From a virus (taxonomy: Duplodnaviria > Heunggongvirae > Uroviricota > Caudoviricetes): DNA of 64,000 nucleotides. Under the pieces are notes generated by a model. That model was not told the origin of the DNA. It saw nothing but the letters and a program-made list of their open reading frames with translations, and did no database searches. The stretch lies in IMG/VR virus record IMGVR_UViG_3300035678_000001, one strand, 5' to 3'. The translations under genes and the position numbers were made by a program. Below, piece by piece: positions 9,356-20,100 of the stretch (within the stretch, counting starts at the first letter, position 1; every line of letters starts with the position of its first letter).

Positions 9356-12306
9356 GCCATCCACTCCTCATCGTCGTCGTCCAGAGAAGCCAGGCTGGCT
9401 TCGAGGGCTTCGTAGTGCGTACCAGCGATGTCGAGCCGGTCGAGGTTGGAGGCAACCACGTCCGCGCCCTCGCTGATGATCTGGGCCTGCTCGCCCGGCG
9501 TGAAGGTCTTCATCGCCATCTTGGCGAGCGCCTCCTTGGCCGCTGCCGCGATGTCGCTGCTGTCCTGTCCACCGCCGCCCTGCAAGTGCCCGGCGCTGCG
9601 CTGGAAGGCCGCGACGATCTGGTCCGTGCTCTGGGCGAGCAGCAGATCCTTCTCGGCCTCGGGGCGGGGCGCGCTGACCCGGCCCTCGCTCGTCATGTCC
9701 TCGTTCAGGTGCAGTTCAGGATCGGAGTCCGTCTCGCTGCCGGGGGTGCCGTCCGTCTCCGGCAGCGCAGCCTCGGGCTCGGGGTGGAACTCGGCCACCG
9801 ACTCCAAGTCGGCCAGCGCCGTCAGGGTGTCGGGCTCGAACATCGACTCGTCCATGTCCAGCGAGCCCATGCGACCGAAGGGGCTCTGCTGGCCCCAGCC
9901 AGCCGGGTCTTCGCCGGAGGCCCAGCCAGCACTGGCCGGGTTCTCCACGGGACGGTGGACGCCCGCGCCGCCGGGGTTCATGACGGCGGGGTGGTCGAGC
10001 ATCGGGTCTTCGCCAGGCTGGTCGAGTTCCATCGGCGGCGTCCACACCGGGGCAGCCGTCTTGGCCGCTCCGGCGCTCATGCTGCCGCCAGCGTCACCGC
10101 CCCCTGTGGAGCCCGTACCAGCGTCCCCAGCACCACCGGAGGCGTCAGCCTGGCCGGTGCCCTGGCAGTGCCCACAGCCACCGCCAGCGCACTGACTGCA
10201 CAGCCCGACGAGCCCGCCGTAGCCCCAGCCGGGACCGTAGGCGTGCGGGTGGCCGTGGTGCTTGTGGTGCTTCTTGTGGTGGCCCTTGGCCTCCTTGGCG
10301 AAGCCACCGCAGTCGCAGCCCGCCGCCGAGCACTTGCCGGTGTCGTTCTTGTGCAGCCCCTCGGGGTGGCCGCAGTGCTTGCACGGCATCTGGTCGCCAG
10401 CGGCCATGTGGAACCACGACTGGCCGTCGATCCCGGCAGCCGTCAGGGCCAGCACGATCTCGGCTGGCTCGACATCCGTCTCCATCGCCTCGATGACCAG
10501 CGTGGTGACCGGGCTCGCCTCGACCGGCACGAGCGAGGCGCGGTAGGTGCGGTTCACGTCGCGCTTGCGCGGCTGGGCCGGGCGGGACACGTTCTTCTGG
10601 TCATCCCGGTCGTACTCGGTGACGACGCGGGTGCGCGGGCGCAGCCACTCGGGCGCCTTCTGGTCCTCGGTGATCGAGCCACCGAACATGCCCCGGCTCT
10701 GGGCCTCGTACTGCAAGGCCAGGGCGTGCGAGCACATCCGGCCCTCGTACCGCTTCCAGCGACCGGAGCGACCCCACGAGTAGGCCGACCACTTGCAGCC
10801 GCAGTGCCACATGGCGATGGACTGCTGGCCGGGGACGCGCTGGATCTCCGTCTCGTAGACGTGGTGCTCGCCCTTGACGTTGGCCGCGATGGTGTTGTCA
10901 CCGACCGCGATCACGTTGACGTTGCCCTCGGCGCGCAGCCGCTTGGCCTTCGCTCGCACGTCCGACCACGAGGCCGTGATGTGGAAGCGGAAGTCGTCGT
11001 CGGTGGCCGCGACGACGAGCATCCGGTACGGCGACTCGATCAGTGCCGCGTACTTCTCCGGGTGCTTGGACATCTGCCCGCCACAGAGCAAGCACTCCGA
11101 CCCAGGTGAGGCATCTCGGTGCGCGTACCCGCAGTCCTTGCAGGTGGCGCCCATCGCCGGGTTGTGCTCGGTCGGTGAGTCTGGGGCGGGCATGACAGAG
11201 GCGGTCTTGGACGAGAACTTCGTCGGACCGTGCGGGTTGGTGTCGAGCAGGTTCTTGACGTGCGGGTTGTCGCCCATGATCGCGTCGATCTGCGAGGCCA
11301 CGTCGCCCACGTGCTCGGGGTTGCGCTCGTGGTGCTCGTGCCCGGCAGAGGTCCAGTTGCAGCCACCACGGGGGCAGCGCGCCTCGGCGTGCATCTCGTC
11401 GTGGTCGTGGTGCGGGGCACCCCAGCGGCGCAGCGTGGAGATGGCGTCGTCGGGCACGTCGTGCTCGCGGGAGAGGTGGTGGAGCACCTTCTCCTCGGGG
11501 ACGTACTCGTCCACCGGCTCGCGGGTCGGGTGGATCTGGTGGGCCTCCGGCAGCGGGTGTGGCCCACCCGTGGCGCCAGAGTCGGGGAAGTGCTTGTTGA
11601 ACCGCTCGTGGAAGTCCGAGCCCACCATGTCCGGGCCACCGCCGTGGCCGGGGTCGTGCCAGACGTTCGGGTAGTAGCCCGCGTCGTCCATCGCGTGGTG
11701 GAGGTGGTGCTCGGCCTCGGAGTAGGTGTCGTGCGCGCCGAGGTGCTTGCCGTCGAGCGAGGTGTGGTACTTGCCCCGGTCGGCGGTGATGAAGGCGTCG
11801 GACTCGTCCGGGTGGTCCACGTGCTCGGGGGTCGAGTGGGCACCGGACGAGCAGATCTCGCAGTGGCCGTGGGCCGGGTCAGGCATCCCCGGCAGGGCGT
11901 CCTGCTCGTCCTCGTGGTCCCAGTCGTCGTGCTCCTCGCCGGGCGTCAGGTGGGCCACACGAGAGGCCAGCACCGTATTGGGCGCGATGTCCGGGCGCTC
12001 CACGAGGATCTCGGACAACTCGGGGTAGTCCTGCGCCGCCGTGTTCTCCAAGGAGGCCGTGGACTCGGCACGGGCGCTCAACTGGCCGCTCGTGTAGAGC
12101 CCGCCGCCCATGCCGTTGTCGAGGGTGACCTCGTACGCCTCGTTGCCCGCGTGCGGCCCGTCCTGCACCGCTGTGACCACGCCAGGGAAGCCGTCGATGG
12201 TCATGACGGCCTGGCCGGGCTTGAAGTCCCACCAGAGCGTCGAGTCCACAGCGACCTTCGAGGCAGCAACCGACTGGTGTCGTGCCTCGCGTCGTCCGAG
12301 CGTCAT
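9352..12306 (-). CDS. 984-aa mosaic protein: N-terminal SH3/Tudor-like barrel, His-rich modules, SWIM-type zinc finger, acidic tail
   Basis: WHCGCKW...GRMCSHALAL (CxC...CxH SWIM pattern); several CxxC pairs; AGGAGG RBS after the late motif. Confidence 0.7.
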   Translation of the reverse strand: MTLGRREARHQSVAASKVAVDSTLWWDFKPGQAVMTIDGFPGVVTAVQDGPHAGNEAYEVTLDNGMGGGLYTSGQLSARAESTASLENTAAQDYPELSEILVERPDIAPNTVLASRVAHLTPGEEHDDWDHEDEQDALPGMPDPAHGHCEICSSGAHSTPEHVDHPDESDAFITADRGKYHTSLDGKHLGAHDTYSEAEHHLHHAMDDAGYYPNVWHDPGHGGGPDMVGSDFHERFNKHFPDSGATGGPHPLPEAHQIHPTREPVDEYVPEEKVLHHLSREHDVPDDAISTLRRWGAPHHDHDEMHAEARCPRGGCNWTSAGHEHHERNPEHVGDVASQIDAIMGDNPHVKNLLDTNPHGPTKFSSKTASVMPAPDSPTEHNPAMGATCKDCGYAHRDASPGSECLLCGGQMSKHPEKYAALIESPYRMLVVAATDDDFRFHITASWSDVRAKAKRLRAEGNVNVIAVGDNTIAANVKGEHHVYETEIQRVPGQQSIAMWHCGCKWSAYSWGRSGRWKRYEGRMCSHALALQYEAQSRGMFGGSITEDQKAPEWLRPRTRVVTEYDRDDQKNVSRPAQPRKRDVNRTYRASLVPVEASPVTTLVIEAMETDVEPAEIVLALTAAGIDGQSWFHMAAGDQMPCKHCGHPEGLHKNDTGKCSAAGCDCGGFAKEAKGHHKKHHKHHGHPHAYGPGWGYGGLVGLCSQCAGGGCGHCQGTGQADASGGAGDAGTGSTGGGDAGGSMSAGAAKTAAPVWTPPMELDQPGEDPMLDHPAVMNPGGAGVHRPVENPASAGWASGEDPAGWGQQSPFGRMGSLDMDESMFEPDTLTALADLESVAEFHPEPEAALPETDGTPGSETDSDPELHLNEDMTSEGRVSAPRPEAEKDLLLAQSTDQIVAAFQRSAGHLQGGGGQDSSDIAAAAKEALAKMAMKTFTPGEQAQIISEGADVVASNLDRLDIAGTHYEALEASLASLDDDDEEWMA

Positions 12307-12325
12307 TCGACCTCCTGTGGGGCTC

Positions 12326-12337
12326 TCACCCCTTCAC
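12326..12337 (-). promoter_or_regulatory. GTGAAGGGGTGA motif copy
   Basis: Exact 12-mer upstream of the 984-aa gene. Confidence 0.7.
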
Positions 12338-12342
12338 AGGCG

Positions 12343-12558
12343 TCAGGCTGGATCCGACAGGACCGGGCTCGGCTTCTCCGACGAGTGGGTGCCGTACTCG
12401 CGGGACTGGCGCTGCATCGGGATCACGTTGTCGGGCACCAGCAGCACCTTCGAGACGCAGCCCTGGCAGTAGAGCAGGCAGCCGACTTGGTAGGCGTACA
12501 TGCCGGGCGTCAGGGTCATCCCACAGCCCGGCTTGGCGCAGGTGTCGTCCAGTCGCAT
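12343..12558 (-). CDS. Small zinc-finger protein
   Basis: CxxxxC...YCxxC; GGGAGG RBS immediately after the late motif. Confidence 0.65.
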   Translation of the reverse strand: MRLDDTCAKPGCGMTLTPGMYAYQVGCLLYCQGCVSKVLLVPDNVIPMQRQSREYGTHSSEKPSPVLSDPA

Positions 12559-12568
12559 GATGCCTCCC

Positions 12569-12580
12569 TCACCCCTTCAC
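12569..12580 (-). promoter_or_regulatory. GTGAAGGGGTGA motif copy
   Basis: Exact 12-mer downstream of the portal gene, before the RBS of 12343..12558. Confidence 0.7.
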
Positions 12581-12632
12581 AGGAGCGGGGACGAACCGGA
12601 CAGTGTTACTGCCGGGTAACCGCCCGAAGGTG

Positions 12633-14780
12633 CTACCCGGCCTCGGCGTCCTTCTCGTCGCGCTGGCGCTCCTCCTCGCGGATGGCCTCGGTCAGGTGGA
12701 CGCGCATCCCGATGTGCTTGGGGTTGCCGAACCGGCCTGTGGGGCGCCGGTCGGCGGGTGCCTCGCCCTCGTCCTGCATCTTGGTCACCTCGTCCATGAC
12801 GAAGTTCTCGGAGGCCACCTTGCGCATCCGGCTGGCACCTCGGTACAGGGCTGCTGGCTTGGGCATCGAGTCGCGCATCTCGTCGCTCTCCGGGGGTCGC
12901 TGGGCGCCGGGCATCGGGATGATCTGCGCCCCAGCGGTCGGGTCCACCGCCATCGGCTGGCCGGTGTTGGGGTCCACGTTCTGGTCGTCCTCGCCGTTGC
13001 CGGGCATCGGCGTCAGGTTGGGCGTGTTCATCGGGTCCACGCCGAGCATCGGGATCTGTCCCTGCTCGGCAGCCTGCTGGGCGTCGAGCGCCTGGGCAGC
13101 CTTAGGCTCGAAGTCGTCCTTCAAGTCCTGCGGGATCGGCAGACCGGCAGCACGCAGGGCCAGGAAGGTGCCCTTGCGCGTCTCCTGCTCCTTGACGGCG
13201 CGCTGGATGTTCTCGTCCTTGACCTGCTCGATCTCGTCCTCGAACTCGATGGGGACGTTGATGAGGCGCGTCTTGATCGACACCGGCACGCCACCCTGCA
13301 CGAGGGCTTCGAGGAACTGGCGCTCGCTCTCCTCGTCGGAGATCGACATGGACTTCATGTGCATGTCGGGGATGAGCAACTTGGGCTGCTCAACGATGCG
13401 CTCCTCGCCCGTCTCCTCGTCAATCTCAAGCACTTCCTCCATCTTCACGTACCGCTTGCCGCCGCGAACGTCGAAGTCGAAGTGCTCCTGCGCCTCGGCC
13501 ACGACCAGTGCGCGGTCGCGGTAGTGGCTCTTGACGATGTTCTGGTACGTGGTGAGCAACTGCGAGATCAGGTCGCGGTTGAGGGCGTCGGCGGCGTACG
13601 TCTCGCCACCGCTCGCGCCGGAGAGCATCGTCTTGGACAGACCGAAGGTCTGCAAGATCCGCTCCTCAAGGCGGTCGAAGTCGTCGCCCATGTTCGGCAT
13701 GTTCTCCCGACCGAAGACGGGAGCCATGTCCACGGCGAAGTGGTGGACCAGCACGCGGAAGTCCGCAGCGAGTGCGCCGTCGAGCGCCTCCTCGAAGTCC
13801 GCGAGGTCATCCTGCGTGGGGATCCACGGCACCGTGGTGCCAAGGTCGGTTGCGCTGGCACCCAACTTCGCCAGGATCAGCGGGGTGTAGAGACGATCCG
13901 CGATGGCGTCCATCGCGCTGTTCATCATCTCCTCCTGCATCACGGCGCGGAACGCACGCATGAGGATCGGGATGCCGCGCTTGTGGAACGTGTCGCCCTT
14001 GAACTTGAACTGCTTGAGCAGCACGTTGCTGACCGGCATCAGCGAGTCTTCGGAGGCGTAGTGCTGCAACTCCGGGTACGCCGCCATCAACTTCTCGTAC
14101 TCCCAGCGCGGCGACTGCTTCTGGATCAGGTCGCGCAGCGTCTGCGGGAGGTGGATGAGGTAGCGCGGGTCGCGCATGAACGGGCTGCGCTCCACCTCGC
14201 AGTCGTCGGGGTTGAGCAACTCGTCGTCCTCCCAGACGCCGAGCACCTCGTTGAAGGAGCCGAACGGCCACGCCTCCCCGACCATCCAGTATTCGCGCCC
14301 GAAGTCGATCAGGAACTCGTTGTAGTTCAGGCCGTTCTGCTCATCGAAGAACAGGTTGGTGTAGAACTCCGTGATCTGCTCGTCCTTGCACGTCAACTCC
14401 ATGCCGAGCAGCGGGTACTTCGAGTAGATGTCGATGCACGACGCGATGATCGGGTGCGTCATGTAGAGGATCCGGCAGTAGGCACGGATCTTCTTGAGTT
14501 CCTCCTCCTTGCTGATGTCCCAGGGGAGGTTGTTCTGGCGCCAGTAGAACATCGGGTCGCGGGGGCGCCCGGTGGCGAACGACAGGTCAGCACCACCACG
14601 GCCCGGTGCGTTGCCGGTCTTCTCCATCGCACGGGCGAGCCGCTGGTTGACCGCACGGTTGCGGCCCATCTCGCCCACCAGCGGGTCTTGCTCGGCGGCG
14701 GCAGCACGGCGACGGAACGGGTTCATCCCGCCCAGTCGCTTGTGGACCTCGGCGTCGTACGGGTTGGTCGGGGTGGTCAC
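12633..14780 (-). CDS. Portal protein
   Basis: 715 aa; HPIIASCIDIY helix, GEAWPF, LLNPDDC, RGIPILMRAFR and LILAKLG segments match the general portal pattern; long acidic/Pro C-tail. Confidence 0.75.
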   Translation of the reverse strand: MTTPTNPYDAEVHKRLGGMNPFRRRAAAAEQDPLVGEMGRNRAVNQRLARAMEKTGNAPGRGGADLSFATGRPRDPMFYWRQNNLPWDISKEEELKKIRAYCRILYMTHPIIASCIDIYSKYPLLGMELTCKDEQITEFYTNLFFDEQNGLNYNEFLIDFGREYWMVGEAWPFGSFNEVLGVWEDDELLNPDDCEVERSPFMRDPRYLIHLPQTLRDLIQKQSPRWEYEKLMAAYPELQHYASEDSLMPVSNVLLKQFKFKGDTFHKRGIPILMRAFRAVMQEEMMNSAMDAIADRLYTPLILAKLGASATDLGTTVPWIPTQDDLADFEEALDGALAADFRVLVHHFAVDMAPVFGRENMPNMGDDFDRLEERILQTFGLSKTMLSGASGGETYAADALNRDLISQLLTTYQNIVKSHYRDRALVVAEAQEHFDFDVRGGKRYVKMEEVLEIDEETGEERIVEQPKLLIPDMHMKSMSISDEESERQFLEALVQGGVPVSIKTRLINVPIEFEDEIEQVKDENIQRAVKEQETRKGTFLALRAAGLPIPQDLKDDFEPKAAQALDAQQAAEQGQIPMLGVDPMNTPNLTPMPGNGEDDQNVDPNTGQPMAVDPTAGAQIIPMPGAQRPPESDEMRDSMPKPAALYRGASRMRKVASENFVMDEVTKMQDEGEAPADRRPTGRFGNPKHIGMRVHLTEAIREEERQRDEKDAEAG

Positions 14781-15121
14781 GCCGAGTCCTCCTTGTAAGC
14801 CCTCATGGCGATGGCTCGCACGAGGTTGCCGAACTCACGACGGGCCTCCCAAGGGAGGTTGCCGCCATGCGCTGCCATCAGCGACAGCATCACGTTGACG
14901 TTCGCGGCACACGTGCCGCACAGCCACACCGACCCAGGGACCGTAGCGCCCAACTGCTCGATGAGTCCGCCCTTCGCCACGACGTACTCCGAGACGAGCA
15001 TGGGCTGCGGGCTGTGGAACTTGGCGCCCTCGCACGACACAGGGCTCTCGGCCAGGATGCCGGGCAGCACGAGTCCGCCCACCTCCGCGATGAGCCGAGC
15101 GACCGTGTGAGGGACGGCCAC
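14777..15121 (-). CDS. Hypothetical protein upstream of portal (LCGTC motif)
   Basis: GTG overlaps the TAG of the upstream gene; 3' part of the listed 14777..15487 frame. Confidence 0.65.
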   Translation of the reverse strand: MAVPHTVARLIAEVGGLVLPGILAESPVSCEGAKFHSPQPMLVSEYVVAKGGLIEQLGATVPGSVWLCGTCAANVNVMLSLMAAHGGNLPWEARREFGNLVRAIAMRAYKEDSA

Positions 15122-17112
15122 TACGGGGCCAGGTTCTCGGCGCGGACCTGCACGAGCACGCCAGGGTCGCGGTCGCTGACCTTGAGCGCGAGGTGCTTGA
15201 TGAACGAGTCCTCGTCCAGCACGGCACCACTCTCGGTGCGGTAGGCGCCCTTGAGCCACGGCGGCTGGTTGTTCGGGCCAGGAGGACCAGCGAAGGACGC
15301 CGGGTCGCCGTCGCCCATCTGGCTCGGGTCCATCGGGGCGTTGGGATCGCTGACGGCGTTGGGGTCGTTCTGCTGGACCTGGCCGGGCATCCCAGGCACG
15401 TCCACCGGGGCGCCGTCGATGGTCTGCGGGAAGGCCGAGAACTCCGGCTGCACCTGCACCGTGAACGACGTGTGGCAGAAGTCGCACTCGATGGTGCGGT
15501 CGCTGCGCGCCACGACCTGACCGGAGCCGCAGAACGGGCAGTGGTAGATCGTCTCGCCGTCGCCGGAGTCGTGGGCCACCTTGGTGAGCCCGGCCTCGAT
15601 CTGCACGCGAGCCTGACGCAGCAGTGCCAGTCCGGCCTCTCGCGCATCCTCGGGTGTCAGGTTGGCTCGGACGAAGTGCTCGCCCGTGTCGTCCTGCGCG
15701 TTCATGGCGATGGTCTTCATGGCGTGGTGCCCTTCACTCGGCGGCTCGTAGTTGTGGCTCATGCCCTCGCCCGCCGCACAGGCGAGGCAGTCACTCGGGT
15801 GGTGGTTTCGGCTGTCCGGGTGGGGCTCGTGCGAGTGGTCCTCGTTCATGACGCCGCTCTCGTGCGCCCGCTCGTGGACTTCGTTGAGGGCGTCGTCGGA
15901 CATGTGGTACGAGCGGTGGATTCCGTGGTCCTCGGCCAGGTGTCGATGGCGCCAGTCGTGCTGCTGCTCGTGGTCAGCGTTGAGGCCACCGTTGTGCTGA
16001 CCACCGCCGACCTCTTGCAGGTCACCACCGTGATGGGTGACGTGCATCTGCGCAGCCTCGTTGACCGACATGCTGCCGGGGATCTCGTAGCCGTGGTGCT
16101 GCGACAGGTGCGTCTGCAACTCCGTCCGGCGCTGCGGAGTGTTGGGGTTCTCGTACTGGGCCGGGGTGCGATGCCGGTGGCCTGTCCCCGTCGAGCCGTG
16201 ACCCCACGAGTTGTTGAAGTATTCGCTGTGGTCGGAGGCGTGGAAGATGCCCTCGTCGTTCGAGAGCGGCTGGCCGGGACGGTCGCGGCGCTCCAACGAG
16301 AACGAGTGCTGGTGGTCGGGTGACTCCTGGGAGTGGATCATCCGGTGCAGGTCACGTAGCGGAGCGCCTGCTCGGCGCATGTTGTCGAGCGTGCCGTCGT
16401 CGTGGTAGCCGTGGCCGTGCGGCTCGGGATCCATCATGTGCCCGTGCAACTGGCTCTCGTTGCCGTACTCGTGCAGATCGCTGTCGTGGCCCTCGCGGCT
16501 CGGGTGGTTGGCGGGCAAGTTCTCGTGGACGCGGTTGTCGCGCTCGCGCATCCGCTTGAGGTAGTCGTCCAGTCCCTCGCCCGGCAGCGGCACCTCGTCC
16601 TCGTGCGGCGCCTGGTTGCGTGGCGCCTTGTCCATCTCCTCGGCGTGGTCGAACGCCTTGTGGATGTGCGGGTGCAGCGACTTGGGCATGTCGTCGGGGC
16701 GGTCCAGTGCGATGTCCTTGCCGAACCGCTCGGGGTACTCGCTCTCGCCGTCAGGTGAGTCGATGCGGACCTCGTGACGGCCACCAGGGCGACCTGGCGG
16801 CACGACGTGGATCGAGTGCCCTGTCGGGTGCTCGTGGACCACCGTGTCGTTGTAGTGCAGCCCGTTGCCACCGGCCTCGTCGTAGTGGTGGTTGTGCGTC
16901 TCGGGCGCCGACATGTCGGCGTACTCCAACGCACGCCGGTCGTTCTCGCGGTTGTACGGGACGTGGGTGTCACTGGGCTCGTGCAGGTGACGACCCTCGC
17001 CGTAGGTGCCTGTCATCTGGTCGCGCCCGACCCAGCCCTCACCCATGCTGGCAGGGCGAATCGCCCGCTCGCAGTGACGACACGTGTGGTCGTAGTCCAT
17101 GTCGTCAGGCAT
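15121..17112 (-). CDS. His-rich mosaic protein with C-terminal zinc ribbon
   Basis: YHCPFCGSGQVVARSDRTIECDFC zinc ribbon; repeated HLxxxHG modules. Confidence 0.75.
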   Translation of the reverse strand: MPDDMDYDHTCRHCERAIRPASMGEGWVGRDQMTGTYGEGRHLHEPSDTHVPYNRENDRRALEYADMSAPETHNHHYDEAGGNGLHYNDTVVHEHPTGHSIHVVPPGRPGGRHEVRIDSPDGESEYPERFGKDIALDRPDDMPKSLHPHIHKAFDHAEEMDKAPRNQAPHEDEVPLPGEGLDDYLKRMRERDNRVHENLPANHPSREGHDSDLHEYGNESQLHGHMMDPEPHGHGYHDDGTLDNMRRAGAPLRDLHRMIHSQESPDHQHSFSLERRDRPGQPLSNDEGIFHASDHSEYFNNSWGHGSTGTGHRHRTPAQYENPNTPQRRTELQTHLSQHHGYEIPGSMSVNEAAQMHVTHHGGDLQEVGGGQHNGGLNADHEQQHDWRHRHLAEDHGIHRSYHMSDDALNEVHERAHESGVMNEDHSHEPHPDSRNHHPSDCLACAAGEGMSHNYEPPSEGHHAMKTIAMNAQDDTGEHFVRANLTPEDAREAGLALLRQARVQIEAGLTKVAHDSGDGETIYHCPFCGSGQVVARSDRTIECDFCHTSFTVQVQPEFSAFPQTIDGAPVDVPGMPGQVQQNDPNAVSDPNAPMDPSQMGDGDPASFAGPPGPNNQPPWLKGAYRTESGAVLDEDSFIKHLALKVSDRDPGVLVQVRAENLAP

Positions 17113-20100
17113 CGTCGTCCCGCGCCTTCTCCATCATCCGCTTGAACATCTCGTGGGCCTTGCGCTCTGACTCCATGTCCGCAGGCACCCGGCGCAGGTC
17201 GTCGGTGATGTCCTTCTGCTCGGCCATCTGCCCGAACACGTCGGCGTAGTGCTCGGCGTGCTGCTGGGTGTGGGCGATGGCGTTGTTGACGTGCTTGAGC
17301 ACGTGCAGTGGCGGACGCGGGTGCGTCACGCCGTACTGGTCCACCCGGCGCTCGCCAGCCTCCCAGGGCTGGTTCTCGCCAGACGGGGCGTGCTTGAAGT
17401 TGAAGCGAGCACCCGTGTCGGCGTGGTGCAGCACCACGTCCTGATGCACCTTGGCGCCGTAGCCCTCGCGCAGGTCACGGGAGGGCTCGCAGTGCTCGAC
17501 GTGGACCGACCAGCCCGAGTGCGGTGCGCGCCACCACAGCGTCGGCTGCATCGGGTCTTCACCGCGAGGCGTCTCTCCTCGGGCGTTCATGCTCTGGCGC
17601 AGCGGCGTGAAGTGCATCGTGTCGTGCGGCAGGTGCCAGTTGCGCGGCGGGTGCTCGGTCTGGGCGTAGAGCCGGTCGGTGCAGACATCGCACGCCTGGT
17701 CCGACATCTTCCACTCGGACCCGTCCGTCTTCTTGTAGCCGCCGAGCGGGTAGGTGCCCTCGCGGGTGTGGCAGATCGCGCACGTGCGCACGGCCTTGCG
17801 CGGGACGTACTCGCCTTCGCTGTTGGGCTCACCGACGCGGCGGCGGAACTCATCGAACTTCTCGCCGGGACGCGGGCCGTACTTCTCCTTGTCCACGCCG
17901 TCGCCGTAGATGTCCCAGTGCTCACCGTCGCCCTTGGCTGCCGACTTGGAGCCGGTGCTCTCGATGAAGTCCACGTCCTTCTGCGGGATGTCCTCGGCGG
18001 TCGGGTACGACTTGGACCGAGCCCGGTGCGTCTTGACGAAGAAGCCGTCGTCGTCCTTGTCGAGGCTGACGCCCTTGAAGCGGTCGTCCTTGGACGCGGT
18101 GTAGCCACGGCGCTGCTGCCAGCGCGGGATGCGCGGATCGTGGTGCTCGGCGTCAGCACCGTGGTCCTGCACCCAGGCGTGCAACTCCCGGTGCAGATCC
18201 TCATGACCGAAGCCAGCGGGCTTCTCGCCCTTGGTGAAGAAGTCGCCCTCGGTGCCACCGTGGATACCCACGAGGTCGTGCGCCATCTCGCCGGTCGCTG
18301 CGTGGTAGATGTGGATGTTGTTGCCGCCGTAGTCGCGAGCCTTGTAGCCGGACGGGTGGCTGACCTCGTAGTACGGCTGCCCCTCACCGTCGCCCTCGTG
18401 CTCGTGGTCGTCGGCGCCGAAGCGACCAGGCGTCAGCGGGTGGTGCGTGCCGCCCTCGTAGCGGTGCCCGAGGTCGTTGAGGCGCTCGGTGTGCCGCTCG
18501 GTCTGACGCGACTCCGGCGTGCCACCGGGGTCGAGAATGTCCATCGTGCTGTTGAAGATCTGCTCACCGATCTGCCTGCCAACCTGCTTGCTGCGCTGAC
18601 GCCCCTCGGCGTAGTCGCGGCGCTCCTCGGCGGTGTGCTGGTGCTCCATGCCCTCGCGACCGCCGAAGTCGGTGAGCCGACCCTGGTTGTCAGCGACGTG
18701 GTACTTGCCGGTCTGGGCGTGCTGGATGACCTTGTACGGCCCGTGGTACTCGTCGCTCGGTGACGGGTCGTGGAACGCGCCAGGGCGGTCGTACTCCTCC
18801 GGCGTGGCCCGGCGGTAGGTCGTGCCGTGCTCGCGGCTGCTGGTGTCCGTGACGATCTTCGGCGGTAGCACGCGGGGCGCAGGCTGGTGCCGAGCCCGGT
18901 TGCGGTACATCTCGTCGCGAGGGTCTTCGGTCGAGTGCTCGAACGGTGGCGCGGGCGCGTGGAACTGGACGTGCTGGGTGTCCACGTGCTGGGCGTCTTC
19001 GAGCGGCTCACCCTTGCGACGGGCCTTCTCGGTGCCCGGCAAGATCAGGCCACGGCCCATGTGGTTGCGCAGCGACAGGCCCGTCTCGGGCACCTCGTTG
19101 CCCTCACGGTCCTGCCACTTGGGGATGTGGCCGTGGTCTTGGTTCGCAGCCGTCCAGTCGTTGACGGCGCGGCTCTCGGCGTTCTGGTCATGCCGCTCGT
19201 ACGACGGGTGGCCGGGCGTCGAGTAGGAGTGGACCAGCCGGTTCTGGTTGTCCACCAACTGGTACGCCCGCGTCTCGGGGTGCCGGGTGATGTGCCAGGG
19301 TCCGTGGCCCTCCTGCTTGGGCTCGACACCGTGGTGGGCCATCACCGGGTCGTACGGCGCCTTCGGGCCAGGGTGCGCCCAGAAGTCGTCGGTCTGCGAC
19401 TCCTCGTTGAGGTAGCCGCCCGGCAACTTGGCCTCGCTGGCTGTCTTGCGGGACGAGCCCTTGAAGATGTCGTTGATCGAGTTCTTGAGGTCGTCGTCCA
19501 CACCGTCGTTGTGCCAGATCGCCTTGGAGTGGTCGCCCTCGACGCCAGAGCGGTGCATCGGCATCGCCCGGTCGTGCAACTTGAGCAGCGTGTCGGTCGT
19601 GCCGACGATGTGGCTCACCTTGCCGCTGTCCCAGAGCAGCGAGTCGCCCACGTCGAGCCGGGTGCGCCCAGACGGGTGCTTGACCGGGTAGCCGGGAGTG
19701 TGGGTGATGCGCTCGCCGGAGTAGATGGGACGGTGGACCCATTCAGCCGTGCGCACGAACGACAGCGGACCAGGCAGCCGAGGCTGGTGGCCCTGCACCG
19801 TGTCGTCGTGGTGCCGGTTGTCCCGAGGGTTGTTGCAGTCCACGCACTGGCTGGGGTCGTCCGGGTGCGGCGTGAACGGGTGCAGCGGCATCTGCAACGG
19901 GCGCGGCTTCGGCTTGAAGGCTGACGTGCTCGGCGTGAAGCGCGAGTGCTCGTGCTCGATGCCGTGGCCCTGCCGCTCGCGCTGACGGGTGCGCTCGGGG
20001 TTGCGGTTGTGCTCGCGGTGCTCGCTCTCGTGCAGCGACAGCACGCGCTCCGGCGACAGCCCGGCGACCATCTCGGGAGCGAACCCGTGATCCTGCTCCA

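Noticed and set aside
11230-14798. Long plus-strand ORFs (764 aa, 731 aa) and similar ones at 23471..26491, 26380..28404 and 49155..50795
   Set aside because: Antisense shadows of GC-rich minus-strand genes: V/L/G/R-rich, no motifs, no RBS
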